Shown: positions 55,136 to 64,000 of the stretch, piece after piece
How the letters are laid out: every line of letters starts with the position of its first letter
How positions within the stretch are numbered: the first letter of the stretch is position 1
From: Histomonas meleagridis 2922-C6/04-290x
Taxonomy: Eukaryota; Protista; Parabasalia
DNA: 64,000 bases
NCBI GenBank assembly: GCA_020184695.1
Contig: JAANOX010000042.1
Span: 62,001-126,000 of the forward strand
Direction of reading: 5' to 3'
The notes under the pieces: model-generated
The model's input: the letters and a program-made list of their open reading frames with translations, nothing else
Told to the model about the DNA's origin: nothing
Databases searched by the model: none
Position numbers and translations under genes: made by a program

Positions 55136-55460
55136 TATATCATTCATCTTTATTTAAATAGTCTGTTATAACCAAATTTATGTGCAACTACATAAGCTGA
55201 ATACACAATGAGCCACAATTTGAAGAGTATCAAAGAAGATATATTGAATCATTTTAAATTTATTTGTATATAATGTACAAAATATATTTCATTAATAAAC
55301 TAAAATTTCTTTGTTAGTTATATTATGGTTATTATCAAAAGATTTTGCTGAATCCACTTCAGTGTTTATTGCAATTTCAAGCATCCTGATTATCTAAAAA
55401 GTGACAATTGTAATTTTCGGTTATCGGCGGTTTCTTTAGTGGAAAAATATTTCACTTCGA

Positions 55461-56414
55461 ATGCACTTGTTTTCCAAAATTTTAGGTCCAAGAATGAATA
55501 CATTAATAAATTATACCTACAGCAATGAAGACAGGTCTAGTATATATAAAATTGAGGGAACAAGGTCTAAATCACTTCGCTTACCAACAAATCAATCAAC
55601 ACTTGGAATTGCATTTCGGTACATAGCATTCCAAGTTTATGTTAACAGCGGATGTGATTTTACAATTACAATGACTATTCGTGATGACAAAGCCAATCGT
55701 TTTAATTTTGCATATTCAACAGCTCGACGTAAAAATCAAGAGCGTCCTTCATCATCCCAGACATGTGCTTTACTAAATTTAGAAATGAAAAGGAATCACT
55801 GGTATACATTATATTTTGATTTAGAATTACTTTCACAACAATATTGGATATCAGGGACATATCATATTTTAGACAGCGTTGAAGTATCTCCCAAATGTAA
55901 AATACGATGGATTTATGCAGTTGATAATTTCCTCAATTCACATAATCAGATTACCTTACCAAATGGTCTTGATGTAGATTTTCCAAATGGCATTGATTCA
56001 TTCAATCTTGTCCTCCCACAAAATATTGAAGCTTCTCTCCCTCCAATCGATAATCCACTTCGGAAATCGCGAATTCCAACGCGTTCATCCACTGCAAAAT
56101 CACGAAGCAGTAAATATCCAACATCAGTCAAAAGCGAAAGTCGTTCCAAATCTGCTTTAACGAGCAAAAAAAATTTGAAGCCAAATACATTTGCAAACGT
56201 TTCGAAACCCGAAACTTCGACTTTTGATGCTCACGAGGAAGAGGAAGACTCTGATTGCAGTGCGTTTGATGGCGTTGCGCCAAAATCAGATATTCAGATT
56301 AATTATGGCATTCCGGAAAATGAAGAAGACGAACTCGAATTGGTGTATATAGAAGTGCTCGGATGTTATTACTGCCCAAGTAACCAACAATATTATCAAC
56401 TTGACGAAGGATAA
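55461..56414 (+). CDS. CFAP20-domain protein, CFAP20DC/C3orf67-like
   Basis: N-terminal DUF667-like region (LGIAFRYIAFQV, NHWYTLYFDL, PKCKIRWIY) and C-terminal ELELVYIEVLGCYYCPSNQQYYQL, similar to the C3orf67 C-terminal motif. Confidence 0.75.
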   Translation: MHLFSKILGPRMNTLINYTYSNEDRSSIYKIEGTRSKSLRLPTNQSTLGIAFRYIAFQVYVNSGCDFTITMTIRDDKANRFNFAYSTARRKNQERPSSSQTCALLNLEMKRNHWYTLYFDLELLSQQYWISGTYHILDSVEVSPKCKIRWIYAVDNFLNSHNQITLPNGLDVDFPNGIDSFNLVLPQNIEASLPPIDNPLRKSRIPTRSSTAKSRSSKYPTSVKSESRSKSALTSKKNLKPNTFANVSKPETSTFDAHEEEEDSDCSAFDGVAPKSDIQINYGIPENEEDELELVYIEVLGCYYCPSNQQYYQLDEG

Positions 56415-57408
56415 ATAATGTTTGTGTTAGTGAAAATTAGAGATTTAATCTTGTTTTTTTATTTGGAATTTGTGTAAATTTGCTATAAAAAATAATATTA
56501 AAATATTTATGTAAAATTAAATTATTTTTGCGTGCTTTAAATTAATCCAAAGAGTAAAAAGAATCTTAATGACTAAATAATTAAATTAGTTTTTTAATCA
56601 ATTTCGTTCCTACAAAATACTTATGTCACTTACACATATTTGAGGTGCTTATTTTACTTTTATATTCAAATAATGTGTTTTTTATCCATGTTTTGAACGA
56701 AATAGAGTTATGGGATCAACCCTGCATTGAAAAGTTCGAATTTGTATTAAAAATGATCGAAAACCGCTAACATTCAGACCAAATATATTATCAATACAGA
56801 TTGCCAATGAATATATCACAAGAAACTTGCAATTCTTACTACAATCAATATAATTCTCATTATCTAGATAATGCACATGTTCATTTATGACTATTTTTTT
56901 TATTAAATTTCATGTACTTGAGCAAATCTTTTTTGTAAAATATTGAAATATATTTTTGAATGCTCAATCGGCCGAGTGGATTGTAATATACGATCAATAT
57001 CAATTCAAATGTCGATTTTTTCAACGGGAACTTTGAAGAGGTTTATTTACTGTGAATCTTGTTTCAGATCGCTTTAATTCCAATGTAACAAATTTTTTTT
57101 TATTCATTTTTAACTTTACAAATATATTTTTCGAATGTTATGGAATGTGTTTATTATTAAATATGCGAATTTTTTTTTGACACATTACCAATTTATACAT
57201 CAAAAAGAAGAGATAAGTAATTCCAGAGACACGATTATATGACAGGTTAATAATTTTACAGCTAAATATTTTTTTCAGATAAAGAGTTGTTTAAAAACAT
57301 TGTTTTGATGTTAATCACGCAAAACACCAAGCAACCAACCGTTTCTTACAGAAATTAATGCTTTGAAATATTGGATATTCTTATGGCTTTTCAATATGTT
57401 TTCAATTA

Positions 57409-58296
57409 TTGAATTGTCTTAAGAAAACCGCCGATAAAATATTGGAGATGCAGAGGAGTTTCCTAACTCTCCAATACAAAAGGGACTTAAATTTCTTATC
57501 AATGTTTCACTCTATTGGCGAAGCAATAAACATCTATATTTCAGATAACATTTTCTCAAGTGATTTCAATCAGATCAATGAGGCAAGAATAGTAGGCTCT
57601 AGACCATACACACCTGATTCTGACGTACTTGCAATGGTTGCTCACATGGGAATTTTGTTCTTGAAAGAAAAACACAAAAAAGTTACTTTGAATCATTTAT
57701 ACACTTCAGCAAATGCCTTACAATTTGGGGTAGATTCTCCTCCTTCATTCGAAAGTTCCAGAAAATTAGATGGCTTTGAGTTCGAGGGAGTTGTATTGAC
57801 AATTATTGCAACACAGCCGTTAGATATATATCATGGATCACAAGGGTACAACCTACAATCAAAGGAATCCTATCAGTCCTATCCGTTTGCTATTGATATT
57901 ATATCATATCATTTTGTATCTGAATTTGAACCATCACCAAAATTATCAATTATCCCTGAAGAATGCATTTTTAACATGAATGACGAAGAGATACCAATAA
58001 TAGGAAATGATAGAGATGTAGATTTTTTATATTCTAATGAATTATTTAATCCAGATGATTCATATTTTCTTTTACAAGGGTTCGAAATTACGTTATACAA
58101 TGAAGATGTTTCTTATGTGTTTCGAGTTAACGAGGGAAATCTCATTTTAGTTAAGGTTGATAATGATAATAATGAAGAAATTATCAATCAAAATGTTCAA
58201 TTTAATGATATAAGATTCTTGGAGAAATCTTTCTTCGTTGGTGATCTCGAATTTGGACCAATTGATCGTGTAAAATTGGTCAAATATAATTTGTAA
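57409..58296 (+). CDS. Rxt3-like (Rpd3L HDAC complex) domain protein
   Basis: IVGSRPYTPDSDVLAMVAHMG resembles the Rxt3/LCCL motif WGTxxYTxDSDxxAxxxHxG. The start is uncertain (ATG at 57447). Confidence 0.55.
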   Translation: MNCLKKTADKILEMQRSFLTLQYKRDLNFLSMFHSIGEAINIYISDNIFSSDFNQINEARIVGSRPYTPDSDVLAMVAHMGILFLKEKHKKVTLNHLYTSANALQFGVDSPPSFESSRKLDGFEFEGVVLTIIATQPLDIYHGSQGYNLQSKESYQSYPFAIDIISYHFVSEFEPSPKLSIIPEECIFNMNDEEIPIIGNDRDVDFLYSNELFNPDDSYFLLQGFEITLYNEDVSYVFRVNEGNLILVKVDNDNNEEIINQNVQFNDIRFLEKSFFVGDLEFGPIDRVKLVKYNL

Positions 58297-58531
58297 TAAA
58301 TAGATTTCATTCATTTTTTTAACCCAAAGTAGAAAAACAAATTTATGCATAACTAGGGAAGTTTATCTACTGTTTATACATAAAAAGGAACATATGGTGT
58401 TTAAAATGTTGGCATTAATTGCGACCGTTAATATATTGACAATAATTATTTTCACTTTTTGAATTGTTTTATTCAGTCATTTATATTTTCTAACAATTTA
58501 TTTTTTCTTAGGTTTATAATATCTCAGAAAA

Positions 58532-59938
58532 ATGTTTTTCATTTTCTCCCTTTTAATTCGGATTACAGATAAAATTGGTGAATATAATCACTTAAAGTCA
58601 CTCACAGGCGATGCCCTTGATGAGTTTATCCAAAATACAAAAATAGGTGTTGTTATATTTCCTTCAAATGAACAAGAGTTCCCTCTCGAATTTACAAATT
58701 ACGCTATAAACAAATATAAAAATAATATTGAATTTGTGGTAGCAAACCCTGAAGACTCTACTCGTTATAATATTTCATATCTTCCCGATTTTATTGGCTT
58801 TAATCATGATATCGACGTTATGATCAATTCCCCAACGCAAGGTGTTATTGAGTTTTCTGAGTGGTGCCAAATTCTTTTACCAAAACATGTTGTTCATGTG
58901 ACTGATCCTGTTTTTGTTCGTTATTTATTTGAGCGTCACATTAGCTCAGTCATTGGTGTTGATGTTGATGAACCGCCGGCTAATCTCAGGCCAAAAGACA
59001 CCTTTTATTCCATTCCGTCATTACTCTTAAATTATTATCAACTTGAAATTCCGAAAGGAATTTACGTCTACCGTTACTCTGACCGCCAGCTACTTGACGC
59101 AGGAGAAGACTACACAGAACTTATGGACACCAACATCACCGACATCACAAAACTTTTCGACATCAAAAAACCGTTTTTCGCCGGTTACAAACTTGCTTTT
59201 GACAAACCTGATCAACACACATTAGAGTTATCCATTTTAGATCAACTTTCTACTGAGCATCTTGATAACTTTTATGTTTCACCAGTTTATGGCGATGAAG
59301 GTTCAGCGTTTGTATCTTTTGGACGCTTTTCCAAACTTGAAGCTCCATTTTTCTTTGTCGTTTCAACCGATATAAATGAAGGTCAATCCAAACGATGGGC
59401 TGTTATAGATGAAGAACATATACATAATGTAACATATTTATCTGAGCTTCTTACTCGGATCGAAAAGGATGAAGAGCCATCGATTATAATATCCGAAAGA
59501 ATTGATGAAACAAATCCACTTCAACTGACATATAAAACTTATAACGAGAAAATATCAAACAATGAAAAAGGTTCCATTGTTTACTTTTATAGTAAAGATG
59601 TCCTTGAAGCACAACAACAACTTATCATTATGAAATACACTGCGAAAGCACTCGAAAATAATAACATAAAAATATATACATACGACGCAAACAAAAATGA
59701 TCTCCCCGAAATATTTGTGGATGAAATAGAGTTACCAATTGTCGCTTACGTGGAAAAGGATAAGGACGAAATAGTGTTTTATGATGGCGGGTACTCTCTC
59801 GAAGAGTTGGCGCATTGGGCTGTCGAAGTGTGCGGCGGAGACGCATCGAAATTAGAGCTGAAGAAGTATAGTGATGAACTTGATAAAGAACTAATGGATA
59901 TGCAGAATACAGAACAAAATATGGATGAATCTCTCTAA
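58532..59938 (+). CDS. Secretory thioredoxin-fold (PDI-like, no CxxC) protein
   Basis: Signal-like N-terminus, YTYDANKNDLP...LPIVAY...FYDGGYSLEELAHW (PDI a'-like end) and a C-terminal MDESL. Confidence 0.55.
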   Translation: MFFIFSLLIRITDKIGEYNHLKSLTGDALDEFIQNTKIGVVIFPSNEQEFPLEFTNYAINKYKNNIEFVVANPEDSTRYNISYLPDFIGFNHDIDVMINSPTQGVIEFSEWCQILLPKHVVHVTDPVFVRYLFERHISSVIGVDVDEPPANLRPKDTFYSIPSLLLNYYQLEIPKGIYVYRYSDRQLLDAGEDYTELMDTNITDITKLFDIKKPFFAGYKLAFDKPDQHTLELSILDQLSTEHLDNFYVSPVYGDEGSAFVSFGRFSKLEAPFFFVVSTDINEGQSKRWAVIDEEHIHNVTYLSELLTRIEKDEEPSIIISERIDETNPLQLTYKTYNEKISNNEKGSIVYFYSKDVLEAQQQLIIMKYTAKALENNNIKIYTYDANKNDLPEIFVDEIELPIVAYVEKDKDEIVFYDGGYSLEELAHWAVEVCGGDASKLELKKYSDELDKELMDMQNTEQNMDESL

Positions 59939-59999
59939 ATAATATTTATTTTTGAATGTTGTTGAAATGAAAAACGAAAAACGATTTCAAAATTTTATT

Positions 60000-60239
60000 T
60001 TATTTTTTTGTGAATAACTTTGAAATGTAGAAACAGGAGAAAAAAATTATCGAATTTTCACAATCATTATTAAAATTGTTTTCTTTTTTCTGAATAACCT
60101 TTATAAAATTTAAGCACAAGCTATAATCAATTATCCTTGAAACAAATGCTGAATAAATCAATCGACTAATGACCAGATTTATTGAATTTATGAAATTATG
60201 ATCAAATAAATTCAATATTACTAGAGCCGATTCCTCCAT
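60000..60239 (-). pseudogene. N-terminal remnant of the DUF3447-like/ankyrin family
   Basis: LNLFDHNFINSINLVISRLIYSAFVS resembles LDLFDGNYPYSFSLTICQLIYFSFMS (14358 gene) and LYDLNFPYSFNLLISQLIFSSFLS (39316). Confidence 0.5.
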
Positions 60240-60580
60240 GTTACTCTTGTTTAAAACGCGAATAACACTTTGAGCTCAAATTTCACGAAATTATTAAGAC
60301 ATTTGAATTGGTTTTCACATTTGAATTAATTTCCATTTTTTACATCTGATACTTTTTATACCAAACTGAAATTTGACTTACGATAGAGTTGAATGAATGA
60401 AAAATCATCGGCTTTATATTCAAAAATGGCCGTTTTATTTAATTTGCAAATGTTACGCAAAAAACTTTGTTTAACTTTTATGATTGAAAAAAAATATTTG
60501 AAAATAAAATTTAAACAAAATAAAAAATTAAAAACAATTTATTAATATTAATATTTTTGGTATGAAAAAACATAAATTCC

Positions 60581-61324
60581 TTAAAAATGATTTGGAGCAA
60601 ATGAATTGTTTGATGGCATCCCCATTCCCCCCTGCATTTGCCACTGATATGTGCTGGCTTGTGGATGTACATATTGATTTTGGAAAAATGGCCGTTGTCC
60701 AAATTGAGTATTATATTGATTAGGTATATTGTACCTAATGTTGTTTTGAAATGGCATCTGTGGGCCATTTTGTTGAATGTGTGGAGGATACTGAATTTCT
60801 CGTGAAACAAGACTCATCTCATTTGGCATTTGGCAATTATGTACTTGTTGAGGTTCAACAAGAGGATACGCATAATTGTTGTTAAGATTTAGTGGGGAAA
60901 TTGATGCTTTCATTGTCAATTTAACTAGTTCTGTTTTGCAATCTTGACTGCTTAATAATGGAAAAACAAATTTAGCTGGCTCCCTAAGAGGTAGGTTTGT
61001 AAATCTTAGCTGTGCGAAAGCAATTACTCTCTTCTGTGGTGGCACATCACCAGATGTGAATAAGCATCCTTTGAAATAGCTTTGATTTAAATCCGCCACA
61101 TTTAATATCAAACGGGAAGTAATTCGTAGTGGCACTTTTTTACTTGGGAGGAAGCGATTTGATTGAACTGATTTGTATGAAGGTATACCATCTGCTGAAA
61201 ATGTGAACCAAACTGCATGTAAAAAATTATTAAATCTGTCTGAAAACTCTGCTTCTTCAATAATGAAATCAAATATATATGTTTCTTTTGGTTTTCCTCT
61301 GGAATCATTTTCCGGGTCGATCAT
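60581..61324 (-). CDS. Hypothetical protein with a C2-like N-domain and Q/P/N-rich tail
   Basis: 247-aa ORF with an alternating beta-strand N-terminus and a low-complexity C-terminus. Confidence 0.55.
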   Translation of the reverse strand: MIDPENDSRGKPKETYIFDFIIEEAEFSDRFNNFLHAVWFTFSADGIPSYKSVQSNRFLPSKKVPLRITSRLILNVADLNQSYFKGCLFTSGDVPPQKRVIAFAQLRFTNLPLREPAKFVFPLLSSQDCKTELVKLTMKASISPLNLNNNYAYPLVEPQQVHNCQMPNEMSLVSREIQYPPHIQQNGPQMPFQNNIRYNIPNQYNTQFGQRPFFQNQYVHPQASTYQWQMQGGMGMPSNNSFAPNHF

Positions 61325-61913
61325 TTATCTGAGATTTGTGTTACCGAAAAGTGCTCCGGTGAAAAAACGAGCATTCAAAAAGTTGATTCTTGTGTGGATT
61401 TTATTTCAATTTTCGGTATTGAAAATAACAAACGGCACGAACGATAGTTAATTTGAAAAAGTCAAATGTTTTATGAGATCACGATAGAACGATAGAATCA
61501 CGAAAACACCCATTGAAAATTTTGTTTTTTTTTTGGTGTTATTTTCAGAGATTTTTGTTTGGGTATTAAGTTACGTACAACTTGTATGGTACAAGAACAT
61601 ACCAAAATTTGAAAGAGATACAAAGATTATGGTTTTTCTTACAATATGCAAATAAATTTTTAACATTAAATATGGGAAAAACACTTTGAAAATGCAAATG
61701 TACAAATGAATTTAAAGATTTTAAAAATAATTGCTATCGTAGTAGGATTGAACAATGTTTGTTTTTTTAAAAATCCTACTTATTCGAAAAACATTTGTCG
61801 CCGAGCAACTTTTTGTGCAAAGGAACTTCTTTTGTTCGAAATAAACGGTCGAATGAAAAATGACACTTTGCTATAAAAATGCCACTTTGGGCACCTAAAA
61901 TATTTTATAACAA

Positions 61914-63401
61914 ATGGAACCAAGCAACAACCCAATAATCGGTATAGATTTCGGTGCAACTAATTGCTATGTTGGGATATTTAAGGGCAACAAATTTCAA
62001 ACTGTACAAAATGAAATAGGCGAAAACTCATTTCTTTCTTTTATCACTTTTATGAATGATAATATATTTTTCGGGCACGAAGCCAAATTGGGTTCAGTCC
62101 TATCTCCAAATTCTGCAATATTTGATTTCAAATCCATGATTGGAAGTAAATTTGATGATCAGAATATACAAAACAATATGCAGCTATGGCCATTCCAAGT
62201 TATTCGTGGTAATAATGATTTTCCTGTTATTCAATTTCCATATCAAAATCAAATAAGAAATTATACTCAAATTGAACTTTCAATTCTTTTCTTGAAAAAT
62301 GTAAAAAGAGTTGCTGAAGAAAAACTTACTACTGAAATCACTGATGCTGTTGTTATAGTTCCAACATTTTATAATAGTAATCAACGTGAAACCATTATTA
62401 AAATTTGTGAACTATCTGGATTAAATGTCATACGTCTTCTTGACTCTACAGTATCTGCAGCTATTTCTTATGCAAGTACATTAAATAATATATCCAAAGA
62501 AATAAATATAATATTTGATTTTGGTTCAAGTAAACTCGATGTTTCGCTAATAAAATTTAAAGGCAAAAAGATTCAGTCCATTTCCACATCAAGTGAGGCA
62601 CATCTAGGAGGTCGTGATATTGACAATAGATTAGCATCACATTTTATTAAACGGTTTGAAGAAAAAAATAAATGTCAAATCCGAGATGCAAAATCCAAAC
62701 TTTTAATGCTACAAGAATGTGAAAAAGCGAAAATTACTTTATCACAATTACAATCTGCGCAAATGCATATTCCTAATTTTTATAATGAAATTGACTTTAA
62801 CGAAACTCTTTCTCGATCTGAATTTGAGGAAATCACTAGCGATCTTTTTGAACGTGTAATAACTCCCATTCGAAGAGTTCTCAAGGATGCAAATCTATCG
62901 CCGAATGAAGTTAATGATATCATTTTAGTTGGAGGTTCATCACGAATCCCACGATTTAGACAGGTAATTAGTGAATACTTCAAGAGGGATATTCACCAAA
63001 AAATTGATCCTGTCACATCAGGCGCAAAAGGCGCTGCAATTTATGGAGCAAAACAAAAAGAAATTGATATTTATTCCATTTGTTCCAATGTTTATGGGAT
63101 TGGGACTATAGAAAGCAAGACTTGTGTAATTCCACACAACGCAACACTACCGATGTCACGCATTGCACATTATAAGACAGCTGATATGAACCAAACAATA
63201 GCTAAATTTGACCTTTTGTGCAATGAAAACGATTTGGCGGAAAACAGTAAAAAGGTTAGTAGTTTAACAATAAGCGAAATCCATAATAAACCATTTCGGG
63301 TTACTTATAGTATCGATGAAAATGGAATATTAAATGTAAGTGTAACTCAAGATGATAACTCTGATCTAAAGGTAACTCAAGTTAAGGATGCGGAATTCTA
63401 A
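61914..63401 (+). CDS. Divergent, lid-less Hsp70-like protein
   Basis: [31 protein letters not shown] and a partial SBD-beta. 495 aa with no EEVD. Confidence 0.85.
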   Translation: MEPSNNPIIGIDFGATNCYVGIFKGNKFQTVQNEIGENSFLSFITFMNDNIFFGHEAKLGSVLSPNSAIFDFKSMIGSKFDDQNIQNNMQLWPFQVIRGNNDFPVIQFPYQNQIRNYTQIELSILFLKNVKRVAEEKLTTEITDAVVIVPTFYNSNQRETIIKICELSGLNVIRLLDSTVSAAISYASTLNNISKEINIIFDFGSSKLDVSLIKFKGKKIQSISTSSEAHLGGRDIDNRLASHFIKRFEEKNKCQIRDAKSKLLMLQECEKAKITLSQLQSAQMHIPNFYNEIDFNETLSRSEFEEITSDLFERVITPIRRVLKDANLSPNEVNDIILVGGSSRIPRFRQVISEYFKRDIHQKIDPVTSGAKGAAIYGAKQKEIDIYSICSNVYGIGTIESKTCVIPHNATLPMSRIAHYKTADMNQTIAKFDLLCNENDLAENSKKVSSLTISEIHNKPFRVTYSIDENGILNVSVTQDDNSDLKVTQVKDAEF

Positions 63402-63612
63402 TAAACTTTACATGAAAAACCTGTAAGAGCAATTTATTTAATAAATTTTATTTCGATTTGAATTTGTAATCTTCTCGATTTGACATTTATTTTGGGAGAA
63501 GATTTCATTTTTGAAGTTGTTTTTCATGGCGGTGTAATATCATTAACAATTGTATTGACATTTATGAACAAAAAATTTTCAAATTATTCAACCAAACTTT
63601 AAATTTTATTAA

Positions 63613-63999
63613 TTAGATTGAAAGGAAGTCGAATATTGTTGGAGATATGAAGCTATCGATCATTCTTCTTGGGCATTTCGCCAACGCTTCATAATCCTTT
63701 ACGAAGATCATTATATACTTCAAATCCCTTAACACTGCGATACCATTCGTGTCTTCTTTCTTACCACCTTTAGGACTTGACAACAAGAAATTCGTATATT
63801 GACCCAAGAATGTCAAATACGCGTATTGATGTTGTACATTTAATTGCCTTAAAATCGTTATAATACCAACGATAAATTCATAATGACCATAATGTTCATT
63901 ATGAATTAACATATGAAGTCTATCGTCCTCATGAATTTTAGGGTGTCCCAAATTCAATAACGTTATTGCGAATAAAACAAATGAAATTTCAGGTACTGA
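63613..63999 (-). CDS. WASHC5: Strumpellin (WASH complex subunit 5) C-terminus, running off the window
   Basis: The frame is open to the window end. FIVGIITILRQL...LTFLGQY...FVKDYEALAKCPRRMIDSFISPTIFD matches the strumpellin C-terminus (GLLTLLKQF...LIGQF...FLEDY...LPRR..EA.VP.FIFD). Confidence 0.7.
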   Translation of the reverse strand, partial: SVPEISFVLFAITLLNLGHPKIHEDDRLHMLIHNEHYGHYEFIVGIITILRQLNVQHQYAYLTFLGQYTNFLLSSPKGGKKEDTNGIAVLRDLKYIMIFVKDYEALAKCPRRMIDSFISPTIFDFLSI

Positions 64000-64000
64000 A

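Overview
Very AT-rich, gene-dense eukaryotic DNA, most consistent with a trichomonad (Parabasalia). Support: essentially intronless genes, Inr-like TCAYT next to ATGs, TAA stops embedded in TAAA, AAAGTGAC and ACCGTT promoter-like motifs, BspA-like LRR surface proteins and a DUF3447-like/ankyrin family. It holds about 22 ordinary CDSs (cytosolic Hsp70, Ski2, Vps11-like, Rap/Ral-GAP-like, CARMIL-like, Rictor-like, RBMX2, SAC9-like, CRM1-like, copine, RCC1, BspA, MLH3-like, CFAP20DC-like, Rxt3-like, strumpellin and others) and three tRNAs (Ala-TGC, Ser-AGA, Glu-TTC). The standout is a family of ankyrin-repeat genes (6395-10282 minus, 14358-17415 plus, remnant 3049-4007 minus). In these, each stop-free ankyrin core of about 30 codons is separated from the next by a U-rich non-coding spacer at the same position in the repeat. 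By manual count, 21 of 30 complete spacers are exactly 80 nt. The spacers lack the canonical GT...ACTAACACACAG intron signals, contain stops, mostly break the frame, and carry a fixed-position TGGAATTT motif and a possible hairpin. This pattern points to a non-canonical intron, ribosomal bypass or other excision system, but the mechanism is not shown by the sequence. All counts and coordinates were made by hand.
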